Shown here: positions 1 to 9,330 of the stretch, one piece after another
Layout: every line of letters starts with the position of its first letter
Position numbering within the stretch: the stretch's first letter is position 1
NCBI GenBank assembly: GCA_002794465.1
Contig: MTSL01000191.1
Span: 45,283-64,925, forward strand
Reading direction: 5' to 3'
Source: Paramicrosporidium saccamoebae KSL3
Taxonomy: Eukaryota; Fungi; Cryptomycota
Length of the DNA: 19,643 nucleotides
Program-made: the position numbers and the translations under genes
The notes under the pieces: generated by a model
Seen by the model: only the letters and a program-made list of their open reading frames with translations
Told to the model about the DNA's origin: nothing
Database searches by the model: none

Positions 1-439
1 AAGTATATGTTGTATCACAGCTAGGTGGTGGTTGAACTATTTGATAGATCGCTAATCCCTCTGAATTGGTGGAACAATTGGCTGGTTCCTTATTAAGAAT
101 GTTACGTGGTGGGAGGTGAAAGTTAAGAGTACTACCGCGTATTGTCGCGTAGTGGGAGAGATGGTGAAGCGTAATTAGAGTGACAATCTTTTCGTTCCTT
201 GCTTCTGACTCTTATTTACATGTTTAACTCGTGATGATGATCCCACGCTGTACGACAGAATTCATACATAGCCTTAGTCGAGTTTACCTAGCGATGCGTG
301 GTGAAGCAATTCGCTTTTAGGGAATGGTAGTCTTTATTTAATACACAAGCGGATGAGAAAAGTCGCCCTACGCCACGATTGGCAAGTCGAGATAGTTAAG
401 CCAATTGACTCGAGTTATTTGAGGCCCTTGCAGTTCAGG

Positions 440-1348
440 ATGAAGCTAGAATTTCATAATGGGGTGGACATGCCTTTACTTGGGTGTAAGCGTCTGTCTT
501 TTTTCGTTTACTGTGCAGTGGGGACGTATAAGATGACGGGGGAGAATGTGGAGATTGCCATCCCTGCCGCTCTGGATGCTGGATATCGTCTCTTTGATAC
601 CGCCACGATATATCGAAATGAAGAGTTTGTTGGTGAAACGCTTAGGAAGGAAATGGCTCGTCGAGGAATTGCCCGCAGTAGCGTGTTTATAACGAGCAAA
701 TTGCAAACCAAGGACCAAGGCTACGAGGCAGCTACTACAGCGGTAAATACTTCACTTGCCAAGCTGAGAGTTGATTACATTGATTTGTATTTGATCCATT
801 GGCCTGGGGCGTCTGGTCTTGATCCATCCGATCCTTTAAACAAGGAGCTACGAATTGGCAGCTGGCGTGCCCTCGAAGAGGCATTGGCGGTGGGCAAGCT
901 TCGCAGCATTGGTGTTAGTAATTACATGCTGAAGCACCTTGAGGAAATGGAAACGTATGCGAACATAATGCCCATGGTGAATCAGATTGAACTGCACCCC
1001 GCTTACTACCCCGAAGATGTAGTCGGGTATTGTCAGAGCAAGCAAATTGTGATTCAAGCATATTCGTCTTTGGGAAGGGGGAAGCTATTGGAAGACAGTT
1101 TTCTCAATGAGCATCCACAAGTTGCCAAAATATCAGAGCAACATCGGGTCACTATCAGCCAAGTCTATCTCCGATGGGCTCTGCAGCATGGCTGGGGAAT
1201 CTTGCCAAAATCCAACAGTCCTCATCGTATCAAAGAGAATGCCAACATTCTACACTTTAAGTTGAGCGATAAAGAAATGCACTACCTGGATTCTATCCAC
1301 ATCAAAGAGACACAAAAGATATGTTGGGATCCTGTTACGGTGATGTAG
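440..1348 (+). CDS. Aldo-keto reductase (AKR superfamily), 291 aa; exons 440-485, 519-1348
   Basis: Removing a 33-nt GTAAGC..TGCAG intron (486-518) restores the canonical N-terminal MPLLGLGTYK. Catalytic tetrad motifs are present: LFDTA (D), TIYRNE (Y), ITSK (K), LIHWP (H). Also SIGVSNY, VNQIELHP and ILPKS cofactor-binding motifs. The ORF-track start at 353 is probably an upstream extension. Confidence 0.93.
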   Translation: MKLEFHNGVDMPLLGCKRLSFFVYCAVGTYKMTGENVEIAIPAALDAGYRLFDTATIYRNEEFVGETLRKEMARRGIARSSVFITSKLQTKDQGYEAATTAVNTSLAKLRVDYIDLYLIHWPGASGLDPSDPLNKELRIGSWRALEEALAVGKLRSIGVSNYMLKHLEEMETYANIMPMVNQIELHPAYYPEDVVGYCQSKQIVIQAYSSLGRGKLLEDSFLNEHPQVAKISEQHRVTISQVYLRWALQHGWGILPKSNSPHRIKENANILHFKLSDKEMHYLDSIHIKETQKICWDPVTVM

Positions 1349-1543
1349 CTCTGGTGTATTTGTGGTAAAAAATATTTCTTGAAGAGCTTGATAATCCATG
1401 TGAAGTTTGTAGTAAAGATTCCTTTTATCTGACCTGCCAATATTTTCTCTCCTCACATACCCGTCAACTCTAGTCCGTCGATATACTCCTTTTTCACTTT
1501 TTTATGATAGAGACCCTTTATTGGAATCGGTGCAACTAGCGGA

Positions 1544-2404
1544 TTAGTGATGTGGGGGAATGAATGCCCAAGTGTGGACAGACTCAGAAACAGAATTATC
1601 AGGTAAAGCCAGTCCCTCCTTTGGTATCTTGGCCTCATCAACATTATCAGAAACACGGCTGATAATGGAAATGCTGTGCTCAGCGGCACCCTTTCCTGTC
1701 ATGAGCTCTTTCCACATTTGGTTCACAGAACGGATCACATTCATGGCAAATGCCTTGTTCTTGACTTCTCCGTTGAAGGCAAAAGAGTTGGCAGGCTTAC
1801 CATCAGGAATCTTGTACACCTCGAACCAGCGACGAGTGGCCTCTACCAGGCCCGGACAGACACGTTCCAAGTCGGAAGAGTCGTTTAGCTGAGATGCAAG
1901 AGGATCGGTGACATCAATGGCAATAATCTTCCAGTCCGTCTCACCCTCATCCAACATGGCCAAGGCGCCAAGCACCTTGACCTGCTTCACCTCGCCAATC
2001 TTTGCCACTGCAGAACCAATTTCAATGACATCAATCGGATCGTTGTCTCCTTTTAGACCGGTATCATGGTCAAGAACAGCGGGCGACTCCCAAGTCTGCG
2101 GGAACGCTCCATAATTCCACAAGTAACCATGGTAGGGAAAGCAGTTTTTCACAAAACGTAAAGCGCCTTTCTTGACATCCTGCACAATAGGGTTCATCAG
2201 CTCGCTCTTGCTGATCTCTAGCTTTGCGTTTGAAAAGCGCGGCACTTCAACGACCATATTAAGGACACCCGCAGCTTCGTCTGCAAAGAGTGGCACGTCG
2301 TGGAATGGTGAGACTACCTGTCCTGAGGCATTCTGCAAATAGGCACGGTATTCGAGGGAAAACTTTCCAGCCACCTGGCGGACGGTGTAAGTGGAGGTGG
2401 TCAT
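1544..2404 (-). CDS. IPP1: Soluble inorganic pyrophosphatase (family I), 286 aa
   Basis: Motifs SPFHDVPL, EVPRFSNAKLEI, YGAFPQTWE, GDNDPIDVIEIG, DEGETDWK and YKIPDGKP. ATG at 2404 (MTTSTYTVRQV) gives the typical eukaryotic length. The upstream part of the track ORF (to 2584) looks non-coding. Confidence 0.96.
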   Translation of the reverse strand: MTTSTYTVRQVAGKFSLEYRAYLQNASGQVVSPFHDVPLFADEAAGVLNMVVEVPRFSNAKLEISKSELMNPIVQDVKKGALRFVKNCFPYHGYLWNYGAFPQTWESPAVLDHDTGLKGDNDPIDVIEIGSAVAKIGEVKQVKVLGALAMLDEGETDWKIIAIDVTDPLASQLNDSSDLERVCPGLVEATRRWFEVYKIPDGKPANSFAFNGEVKNKAFAMNVIRSVNQMWKELMTGKGAAEHSISIISRVSDNVDEAKIPKEGLALPDNSVSESVHTWAFIPPHH

Positions 2405-2586
2405 TGAGCGAACGATATGGAGGATAGGGGGAGCCGTGGCGGATGAGTCACAGAAATTACTGGAATCTCCCGACCAGGTGGACCCAGGCTGTCCTGTTAT
2501 CAGGACTACTAACACGGCCACAATTCGCAGAGTAATCACAAGGAAAACCAAGCGCAAGTCTAGTCTTGCTCTGCACATTTGCAAAC

Positions 2587-3486
2587 ATGAATACCCCCGT
2601 GACAGCAGTAAAGACTATCAATGGTTATGAATGGGGCAATGAGATTGGCAAAGGCACGCAACATCTTCGTGTCAATAATTACATAGGTGCTTGGGGAAAG
2701 GTTCGAATGGTAACAAACGTGGCAACGGGCGAGCATTGTGCAGTCAAGATCATTTATCGCTCAAATATTGCTCGGAAAATCAAGAATGGAGTACAGCTGC
2801 TCTACAAGTAGACCGTCGGCTGTCCTTCTCACTGTAGTGAAGTTGAGCTCGTGCAGACATTATGCCACCAGAACATTATCAAGTATCACGAGCTCGATGA
2901 CCACACCAATCCCGACAAATTTTATCTGTTTATGGAGCTATGTGCCAGTGATATCTCAAGCGCCATTAATACCAAAGCAGTCTTTAAGCAATTGCTTGAG
3001 GGGCTGTTCTATCTCTCTACACAGAACGTTGCACACCACGATATCAAGACGGACAATATTCTCATAACCGCCGATGGTGTGGTTAAAATTAGCGATTTTG
3101 GAGTGTCTGAGCGATATGATCCCGGTGTTGGTTGCAACGTCTTTTTCGGGACGCCAGCGTTTCAGGCCCCAGAAATTGCCAAAAATATTACTGGCGATCC
3201 TTATGATGGCCACAAAGCGGATGTCTGGTCTGCAGGAGTAATTTTATATCAAATAGTAACTGGTGAGTTGCCGTTCACTGGAGGCAGTGTCTACCTTTTG
3301 ATAAAGTCGATTGACAATGATCCTGTCAGAATACCAAGCCTCTCTGACAAACGTCTCCGCGATTTATTGACTAAACTCTTGGCCAAGGAGCCAGAAAATC
3401 GACCAACGGCCGAGGAGGCTCTCCAGCATCCATGGTTTACCGAGGAAACGGAAACCGGAGAAGTAGGATGCTGTCGTATTACATAA
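2587..3486 (+). CDS. STK11: Ser/Thr protein kinase, LKB1/STK11-like, 278 aa with C-terminal CaaX; exons 2587-2653, 2687-2807, 2838-3486
   Basis: Splicing restores the Gly loop GKGAWGKV and helix C (LLYNEVELV). Also CAVK, non-RD loop HHDIKTDN, KISDFG, GTPAFQAPEIA and GHKADVWSAGV. These resemble LKB1 (HKDIKPGN; GSPAFQPPEIA; GFKVDIWSAGV). The protein ends GCCRIT*. The kinase call is firm; LKB1 orthology rests on recalled motif similarity. Confidence 0.8.
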
Positions 3487-3495
3487 AACTGTAAT

Positions 3496-4491
3496 TTATG
3501 AAAAGCAAGGATCTTTTAAAAGGTTGACAAACAGACTTGGGCGGAGCTTTTCGCTCATCAAATGAGCACAGGTGCTCTCTACAATAATTCCGTCTTCGAC
3601 AGAAATGTGCGCTTGGGGAAGTTTTAGCTTGAATGGCGCGGTCTTGTCAAATGTCCATTCTTCGCATTGCAAATCTTTTGCCAACGCTCTAACACTATCA
3701 ATTTCGTCCATTTGTTCCTCCACAATGTCAATCACGCTTGTCCCAGGATATTGGTGCTTAAACTTTTGTGTGACCAGATCACAAAAGGATTCATGGTCAA
3801 GTTTTTCATGACCTTCTATTTGCCCAATGTTGCCGACCGAGGAAATCACACTCGATATGGCTGCGCCACTTGCACGCATCTCCTCCTTCACCGGACTGTC
3901 TAGACATTTTGTCAACATATTTAGGTCAGAATTGATCAGCATGGTTCCGTGATGATATGCTCTCTCTCTGGTCAACCGGTAGGCAGAGCCGGATACTTTT
4001 GCAGTACCATGGAAAATGTCAAAGCGCGGAGAGAGTCGTAGCTGCGGTCGTAGTGGGTGTATCGCCTCCATTACCATCCTCACATAGGTTTCGCGACTGA
4101 ATTGCTTCTTCGGCATCATTACTGTGTACAAAGAGTTGCCCAAGTCCTACAGTTACATCCTTTAGTCGGTGGTACATGGTAGACGGCTCCACCACCGCTG
4201 AATCGACGAAGCAATGGTATGCCGGCTATAGATAACGCAGGAATGTCACACTCTACCCACGGATTTTGGTTGCGTCCGATGACGACGCATGGCGTGTTAC
4301 GCCACAAGAAGAGGCATACCTGTTCGGGAGGGCCATTTCTGAATAGCCTAACGTTAATACAGCGCTTATACAGTACCAGTCTTCAAATGCCAAGTTTAAA
4401 TGGGGCCTCACACAGTGGGAACGAACAATAAGCGCCTATCAAGATTGACAAATGGTAGTCATCTCCATACTGAGGATTTGGGAATCAGCAT
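3496..4491 (-). CDS. LIPT1: Lipoyltransferase / lipoate-protein ligase A family (LIPT1/Aim22-like), 300 aa; exons 4491-4471, 4435-4377, 4347-4176, 4146-3496
   Basis: Three introns (4436-4470, 4348-4376, 4147-4175) join [53 protein letters not shown] and HHGTMLIN, which are hallmark LplA-family motifs. Confidence 0.93.
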
Positions 4492-4659
4492 ATCAAGGGT
4501 AATTTAGTTATCGGACAGTTCATATATCTATTATTGAATGCTCGGTATCAAAATACAAATGGCAAATGTACATGTGTGCATAGCATAGAAACTTTCTATA
4601 TTTACTCGAGCCTGGCGAATTAGACCTTGCCCAACGCATCACCGTCCATCCATCCCACG

Positions 4660-6360
4660 ATGCACCTGGAGGACATACCCGCTCTTCGTACCTACCTTAC
4701 TGGACGTCTTGAAGCACTGTACAAGCATTCTGCATAGTCTCATCTTGCTAGGAGTGACGCCGACCCCGCTGCCCTCGCCGACTACATAATAGCTTTGTTG
4801 AAGCATGAAAAACCGCCGGCAGAGCTAAAGTCATTTTGTGCCAGTCAGCTCTCTGACTTTTTACACTCCAATACGGGCCAGTTTGTTGAAACATTGTTCA
4901 GGAGGATAGAGGGTCGACCAGAACCAGTGGAGGAGGCCGTAATGGCGACACCCACACCTGAGCTGGAAACAAGACGACCCACTAGAGATGACAATAGAAT
5001 GCGGGACTCTAGGAGCTATTCGGATGAAGAGGACAAAGACCGTGGACACCGCCATCGGCAGGAACGCAACCGGTCTCGTTCCAGGTCACGTAATAGAATG
5101 GACGACCGACGTTCCTATCCGCGACGTGAATACCACCAGCAAAGTCATAGAGGCAATTATGGGAGAGCACCGCCCTACGGCATGGTTCCGCCCGGCATGC
5201 TGGATTCTGGACATCGAGGGATGCGTCCCCAAAGAAGATACCAAAATCCCCCACCACAGAACCGATCCGACACAAGGCTAGTCATTGACCGAATCCCGCC
5301 CGAATACTGTTCCATCTCTATGGTGAATGACTACTTCCAGCGCTTCGGCACTATTGTCAATATCACAGTGCAGCCCGAGATGCAGCGTGCCCGAATCGAA
5401 TTCTCTTCTCACGAAGAAGCCAACAACGCATATACTTCACCCGATGTGATTTTTGAGAATCGCTTTGTTAAGGTATACTGGGACCACGAGGACCTGCCGG
5501 CTGCTTCCGTTGTGCGTCCTGCTCTTACTCCTCGTCCCGGGAGCGCACAGGGAAATCCGGCCGCTGCCCGAAATGAGGCGTTACAGAAAAAGCAAGAAGC
5601 ATTGAAGGGTATGCTCGAACTGCAGAAGCAAAAACAGGAGCTCCTTCTCAAGTATATTTCACAACAGAAAGAACTGCTTGCAAAGCTCGAAAGCAAGACA
5701 TTGCCGGAGGGAGAGAAACAGGAGATATTAAAGACGCTCAAGGGAATCGACGATTTGATAAAGTCGCTAAACCTTTCGAGCATTTCGTCAGAAGAATCTT
5801 CGTCACTGAAAAAGTCCACTGACATGATCCTTGATACACCTGAACAAAAGACTGGAAGCAGCACTCCCGACTCTAGTCAGCCCGTTACACCAATCCTTAG
5901 AGGAGGTCCAGCCATGAGAGGGCGTGGTGGAGGGATGGTTAGAGGAAGGGGAGGAGCATTTGCGTCAAGGGAGGCCCATCGTCTTGATCTCAGACCGACT
6001 GCCTTCTTGATGAAGCCGGTTCCCTCCAGAGTGGGTCGAGACATAGGATCCATTCGCAAGCTGTATGAGCCATACGGCGAGATCAAGAACATTACGCTCT
6101 GTGACGATCAGTCAGGTGTCATTGTCTCCTTTTCCAAGAGGGCAGACGCTGAAAAGGCCTATTTCTACATGCCAAAGGCAGATCTCGGCGAGCCGTTTGA
6201 ACTAGAATGGGTTGCATCTGCCCTATCACAATCATCACCTGCTCTCAGTTCAGTCTCCGTTCCAGGTGATATCTCTCTCGGCGCGACAGACGCCTCCGCC
6301 ATGCCTGAACATATTGCGTTTGAAGAAGAGGGTGCCGACGATTCTCATTGGAAACGGTAA
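4660..6360 (+). CDS. RBM26: RBM26/RBM27 (Rmn1)-like RNA-binding protein: PWI domain, RS/RD-rich region, RRM, coiled coil, RGG, second RRM; 555 aa; exons 4660-4718, 4752-6360
   Basis: A 33-nt intron (4719-4751) restores LEALSDADPAALADYIIALLK (PWI). RRM1 is LVIDRIPPEYCSISMVNDYFQRFGTIVNI...FENRFVKVYW. RRM2 follows DLRPTAFL. Confidence 0.87.
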
Positions 6361-6480
6361 TTTGATGTACACGGATCCATCGTATTGATGACGAGTTCTA
6401 GATCCACGATCTGTTTATAAACAAAGTAATTAAATGCGAGATGTTATCTTTATATATGAAGCAGTGAAATGATTAGCCGA

Positions 6481-6540
6481 GTGCTGAGTGCCAAGTACTA
6501 AGTGCCGAGTACTAGGTGCCAAGTATTAGGTGCTGAGTAT
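6481..6540. repeat. Degenerate 7-bp tandem array (8 units plus a partial) with 14-bp higher-order period
   Basis: Units gtgctga gtgccaa gtactaa gtgccga gtactag gtgccaa gtattag gtgctga gtat, read directly from the sequence. Confidence 0.9.
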
Positions 6541-6682
6541 CTGTCCAACATTGGGACGCTATGCCGGCAAGTCCATACCGATTGGTAATGAACATGTCGC
6601 GTAGTGGGGATAATACCACGGACGGGAAGGGGGTTGTTCACTGCTAATCCTAGAATAGTATGGATACACATCTCACCGTCCT

Positions 6683-6751
6683 CAAATACCCAGCAACTAA
6701 TCAATCCTCTGCCTCTACGTCAAATACCCAACTAATCAATCCTCTACGTCA
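6683..6751. repeat. Imperfect tandem duplication (38 + 29 bp) upstream of SET1
   Basis: caaatacccagcaactaatcaatcctctgcctctacgt followed by caaatacccaactaatcaatcctctacgt, each followed by ca. Confidence 0.88.
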
Positions 6752-6867
6752 CAAATAGATCCCATATTAAAAAATAAATCCAATTTGCACTTTAAGAAAG
6801 GCGGTCCAACTACACTGCAGTTGTCATTAGGAAGTCATTAGTGTCACCGCATCGACTATCGATACAA

Positions 6868-9066
6868 ATGGGACCACCTGACCGCCGAGACTATTACCGA
6901 CGATCCTTTTCCGGAAAACGACGCTACGAGTACTCTTCGTCGGAGAGCGAGGATGAGCCTCGGCTGGGGAGTACACTGGGGAACGCATCGGGGAGTGCAT
7001 CGGGAAACGTATCGGGGAGCGCATCGGGGAGTGCGTTGGGGAGGAGGTTAAATTTGGGGAGAGAGGGAGCGGTGCTGCTGAGGGATTGTCAATTTGTAAA
7101 ACGCATGACCTATGATCCTGCGCTGCATGGCCTAATTAAAGAAAAGCCCACCTATTTGATGGGCAACGCGATCATTGAGGGAATTTCTGTAGACCCAAGA
7201 TCAAAGGGCTTTGAGAGTGTCCCGGCTACTTTAAAGCCAATAACGTTTCAATGGGATGAAAATTCCAAGAATGCACCCCCGCCTTCCACCGTGTTGGTCA
7301 GCGGCTTTCCCTCCAAAGTGATCAGCAAAGCCCTGCTGATTAGTCTGATTGGTGCCGCACTGGACAAGGAAATTGCTGATCAGATCAAGGATGTGCAACT
7401 TTTCAATGGTTCGGCATTGTTAACTATGGAAGGCCCAGCCGCCTCCTCGCAGTTGGTAAGGCGACTTTGCAAAAACGGCGACAGCTGGACGGCCGTGTTT
7501 GATGCTGATGGAGAAAAGTTTCAGAAACTATGCAGACCCAAGCCAGAGCCACAACTCACTCCCCGTGCCGCCGATGGAGGCATTGAGAGACTAAAGTGCA
7601 GTCGACGTGTTCCGTGTATTTTGATTGACTTTTCCACCATTCCTCGAGATGTTTCGCGGAGGGATGTGGGGGACATTTTCAAAAAGTGTCGAATTTATAA
7701 CGTAATTGTCCAGCTTGAGGTTTGATTTCTGTAGATTGAACGCGGCGAAGCCCACTGGCATGTACATTTATCCAGCCAGGACGAAGTGGAGTATTCGCTT
7801 AGATGGAAAAACGACTTTAGGTGGAACGCACGGAGTATTAGTTTTACAACAAAATCTCATCATGAGCCTGCAAAGTCTTGCGATTTCCGGGATGATCATA
7901 TACTTTGTCGAAGTGATATCCATAGGAAGACTTTGCAAGATCTAGATGGGCATAGGAAGACGTCCCAAGATACAGACGATCATAGGAAAAAGTCTCAAGA
8001 TGCGGACGAACATAGGAGGACGTCCCAAGATATGGACGAACGGAAACCGTCTGCCACCCAAAAGGAACTGCGAGGCAATTTGGACGCCTTCTACAGGCCG
8101 GCTTCGCAGACTTCTTCCCTTGAGATTGTGTCAACTTTGCAATCGGCCGAATCAGTGTCCGCAGAAGAGTCGCTCTTGTCCATGCCAATTTTCAATAAGC
8201 GACATTTAGAGCGAAAGCGCCATGAAGAGGAAGCGGCACTTCAGGTCGCTGAAGAAGCAAGACTACAGCTGGAGCAAAAGATAGCCGAAGAAGAACAGAG
8301 ACGCATTCGCAAGGAGGAACGCAAAGTACGCAAAGTTGGCGTGGTCAGCAAACCAGAGGCGGTTCCGTCCGTCGATACAGATCTGAGGATTCATAAATCA
8401 GGATCGGCGCGAACTGAAGGATTTTACCGTCCCGTTGAGCGGATAGTTTACCTGGAAAACATTGCCAGCCAAGCAAAGCCGGTTTATGATTCCGCTGAGC
8501 AGTCCTCTGGCGGCAGTCGCTCTAATCGCGCCCAGAATCGACGTCTCGTCTCCTCAATGGACCACCTCAGCAGCGATCTTTTTGTAAAGACGTCGGCCTT
8601 TTCTGTTCGAAGGAAAAAATTGGTCCTTGGTCGTTCATCAATCCATTCTTGGGGATTATTTGCGGGCGAGGAAATTGAGACGGGCAACATGGTCTCTGAA
8701 TATGTGGGAGAGGTGATACGATTTACGGTCGCTAATATCCGCGAACGGAGGTACGAAATGTTACTTCGGGCCAAGGGCAGCACCGACATGGCCTCTTCCT
8801 ACTTTTTCCGTTTGGATGACACGCTCGTTGTGGATGCCACCCACAAAGGCAATCTATCGCGCTTCATCAACCATTCTTGTGATCCAACTTGCGTTGCGCG
8901 GGTCATTGCCATTGATGGAAAGCAGCGCATTGTGTTTTATGCGCGACGTGACATTCGACTGGGCGAGGAGATTACCTATGACTACAAATTTCCCCTGGAA
9001 GATGACCCTGAAAAGAAGATTAAATGTCTCTGTGGCACACGAACATGTCGTGGAACTCTCAACTGA
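6868..9066 (+). CDS. SET1: Set1/SETD1 histone H3K4 methyltransferase (COMPASS catalytic subunit), ~721 aa; exons 6868-7701, 7735-9066
   Basis: Track ORFs 6841-7725 and 7786-9066 share a frame and are joined by a 33-nt GTAATT..TGTAG intron (7702-7734). The N-terminal YDPAL...DPR motif, two degenerate RRM-like regions, WIN motif SARTEGF, SET domain (IHSWGLFA, EYVGEVIR, RFINHSC, GEEITYDY) and post-SET CLCG..CRG are all present. Confidence 0.93.
6967..7038 (+). repeat. 12-bp coding tandem repeat (6 units; GSTL GNAS GSAS GNVS GSAS GSAL) in SET1
   Basis: gggagtacactg/gggaacgcatcg/gggagtgcatcg/ggaaacgtatcg/gggagcgcatcg/gggagtgcgttg. Confidence 0.88.
7921..8040 (+). repeat. 30-bp coding tandem repeat, 4 units (HRKTLQDLDG HRKTSQDTDD HRKKSQDADE HRRTSQDMDE) in SET1
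   Basis: Each unit begins cataggaa/cataggag and contains caagat at a fixed offset, with an exact 30-bp period. Confidence 0.93.
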
Positions 9067-9254
9067 TTTACATAGAATTTTTGGTTATTAAATCGGATCG
9101 TGTGATTTTTGTATTTGTAATAGCGACCAGGATTTGTAACTGTACTCTTTCATAGTTCCTTATCCATTTATATACCACCATACTCCCATGCACTCTTACA
9201 CTCTTACACCACATACATTAATATCATACTCTTATCCGCACAATCATTGCCTAT

Positions 9255-9295
9255 TTGCGTCATGATTGGTTGGGTGCACGCGCAGTGATTGGCTG
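9255..9295. promoter_or_regulatory. Putative promoter with two inverted CCAAT boxes, an ACGCG core and a CRE-like TGACGC
   Basis: GATTGG with ATTGG at 9265-9269 and 9288-9292, ACGCG at 9278-9282 and GCGTCA at 9257-9262. The cluster lies 40-75 bp upstream of ATG 9331. Confidence 0.5.
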
Positions 9296-9330
9296 GGATA
9301 CAAATACACGACACTTCCCCATACCCCCAA

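Noticed and set aside
1-439. Left-end region, including GTGATGATGA at 231-240 (C-box-like) and the 353-439 extension of the AKR ORF
   Set aside because: No downstream CTGA D box or terminal stem at a suitable distance, and no recognisable snRNA motif. The extension has no AKR similarity, and ATG 440 fits the family start.
2405-2584. 60-aa hydrophobic N-terminal extension of the pyrophosphatase ORF
   Set aside because: It occupies the 182-bp divergent promoter shared with the kinase, and ATG 2404 already gives a full-length enzyme. A rare targeted isoform cannot be fully excluded.
7720-7734. Alternative 15-nt SET1 intron using the GAG|GTTTGA donor
   Set aside because: It is far below the 29-37 nt range and lacks the +3 A seen in all other donors. 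The 33-nt GTAATT intron fits better.
8872-8892. SET motif reads HSCDPTC instead of the usual HSCxPNC
   Set aside because: It is a single substitution outside the RFINHS and YDY catalytic motifs, which are intact. There is no basis to infer altered activity.
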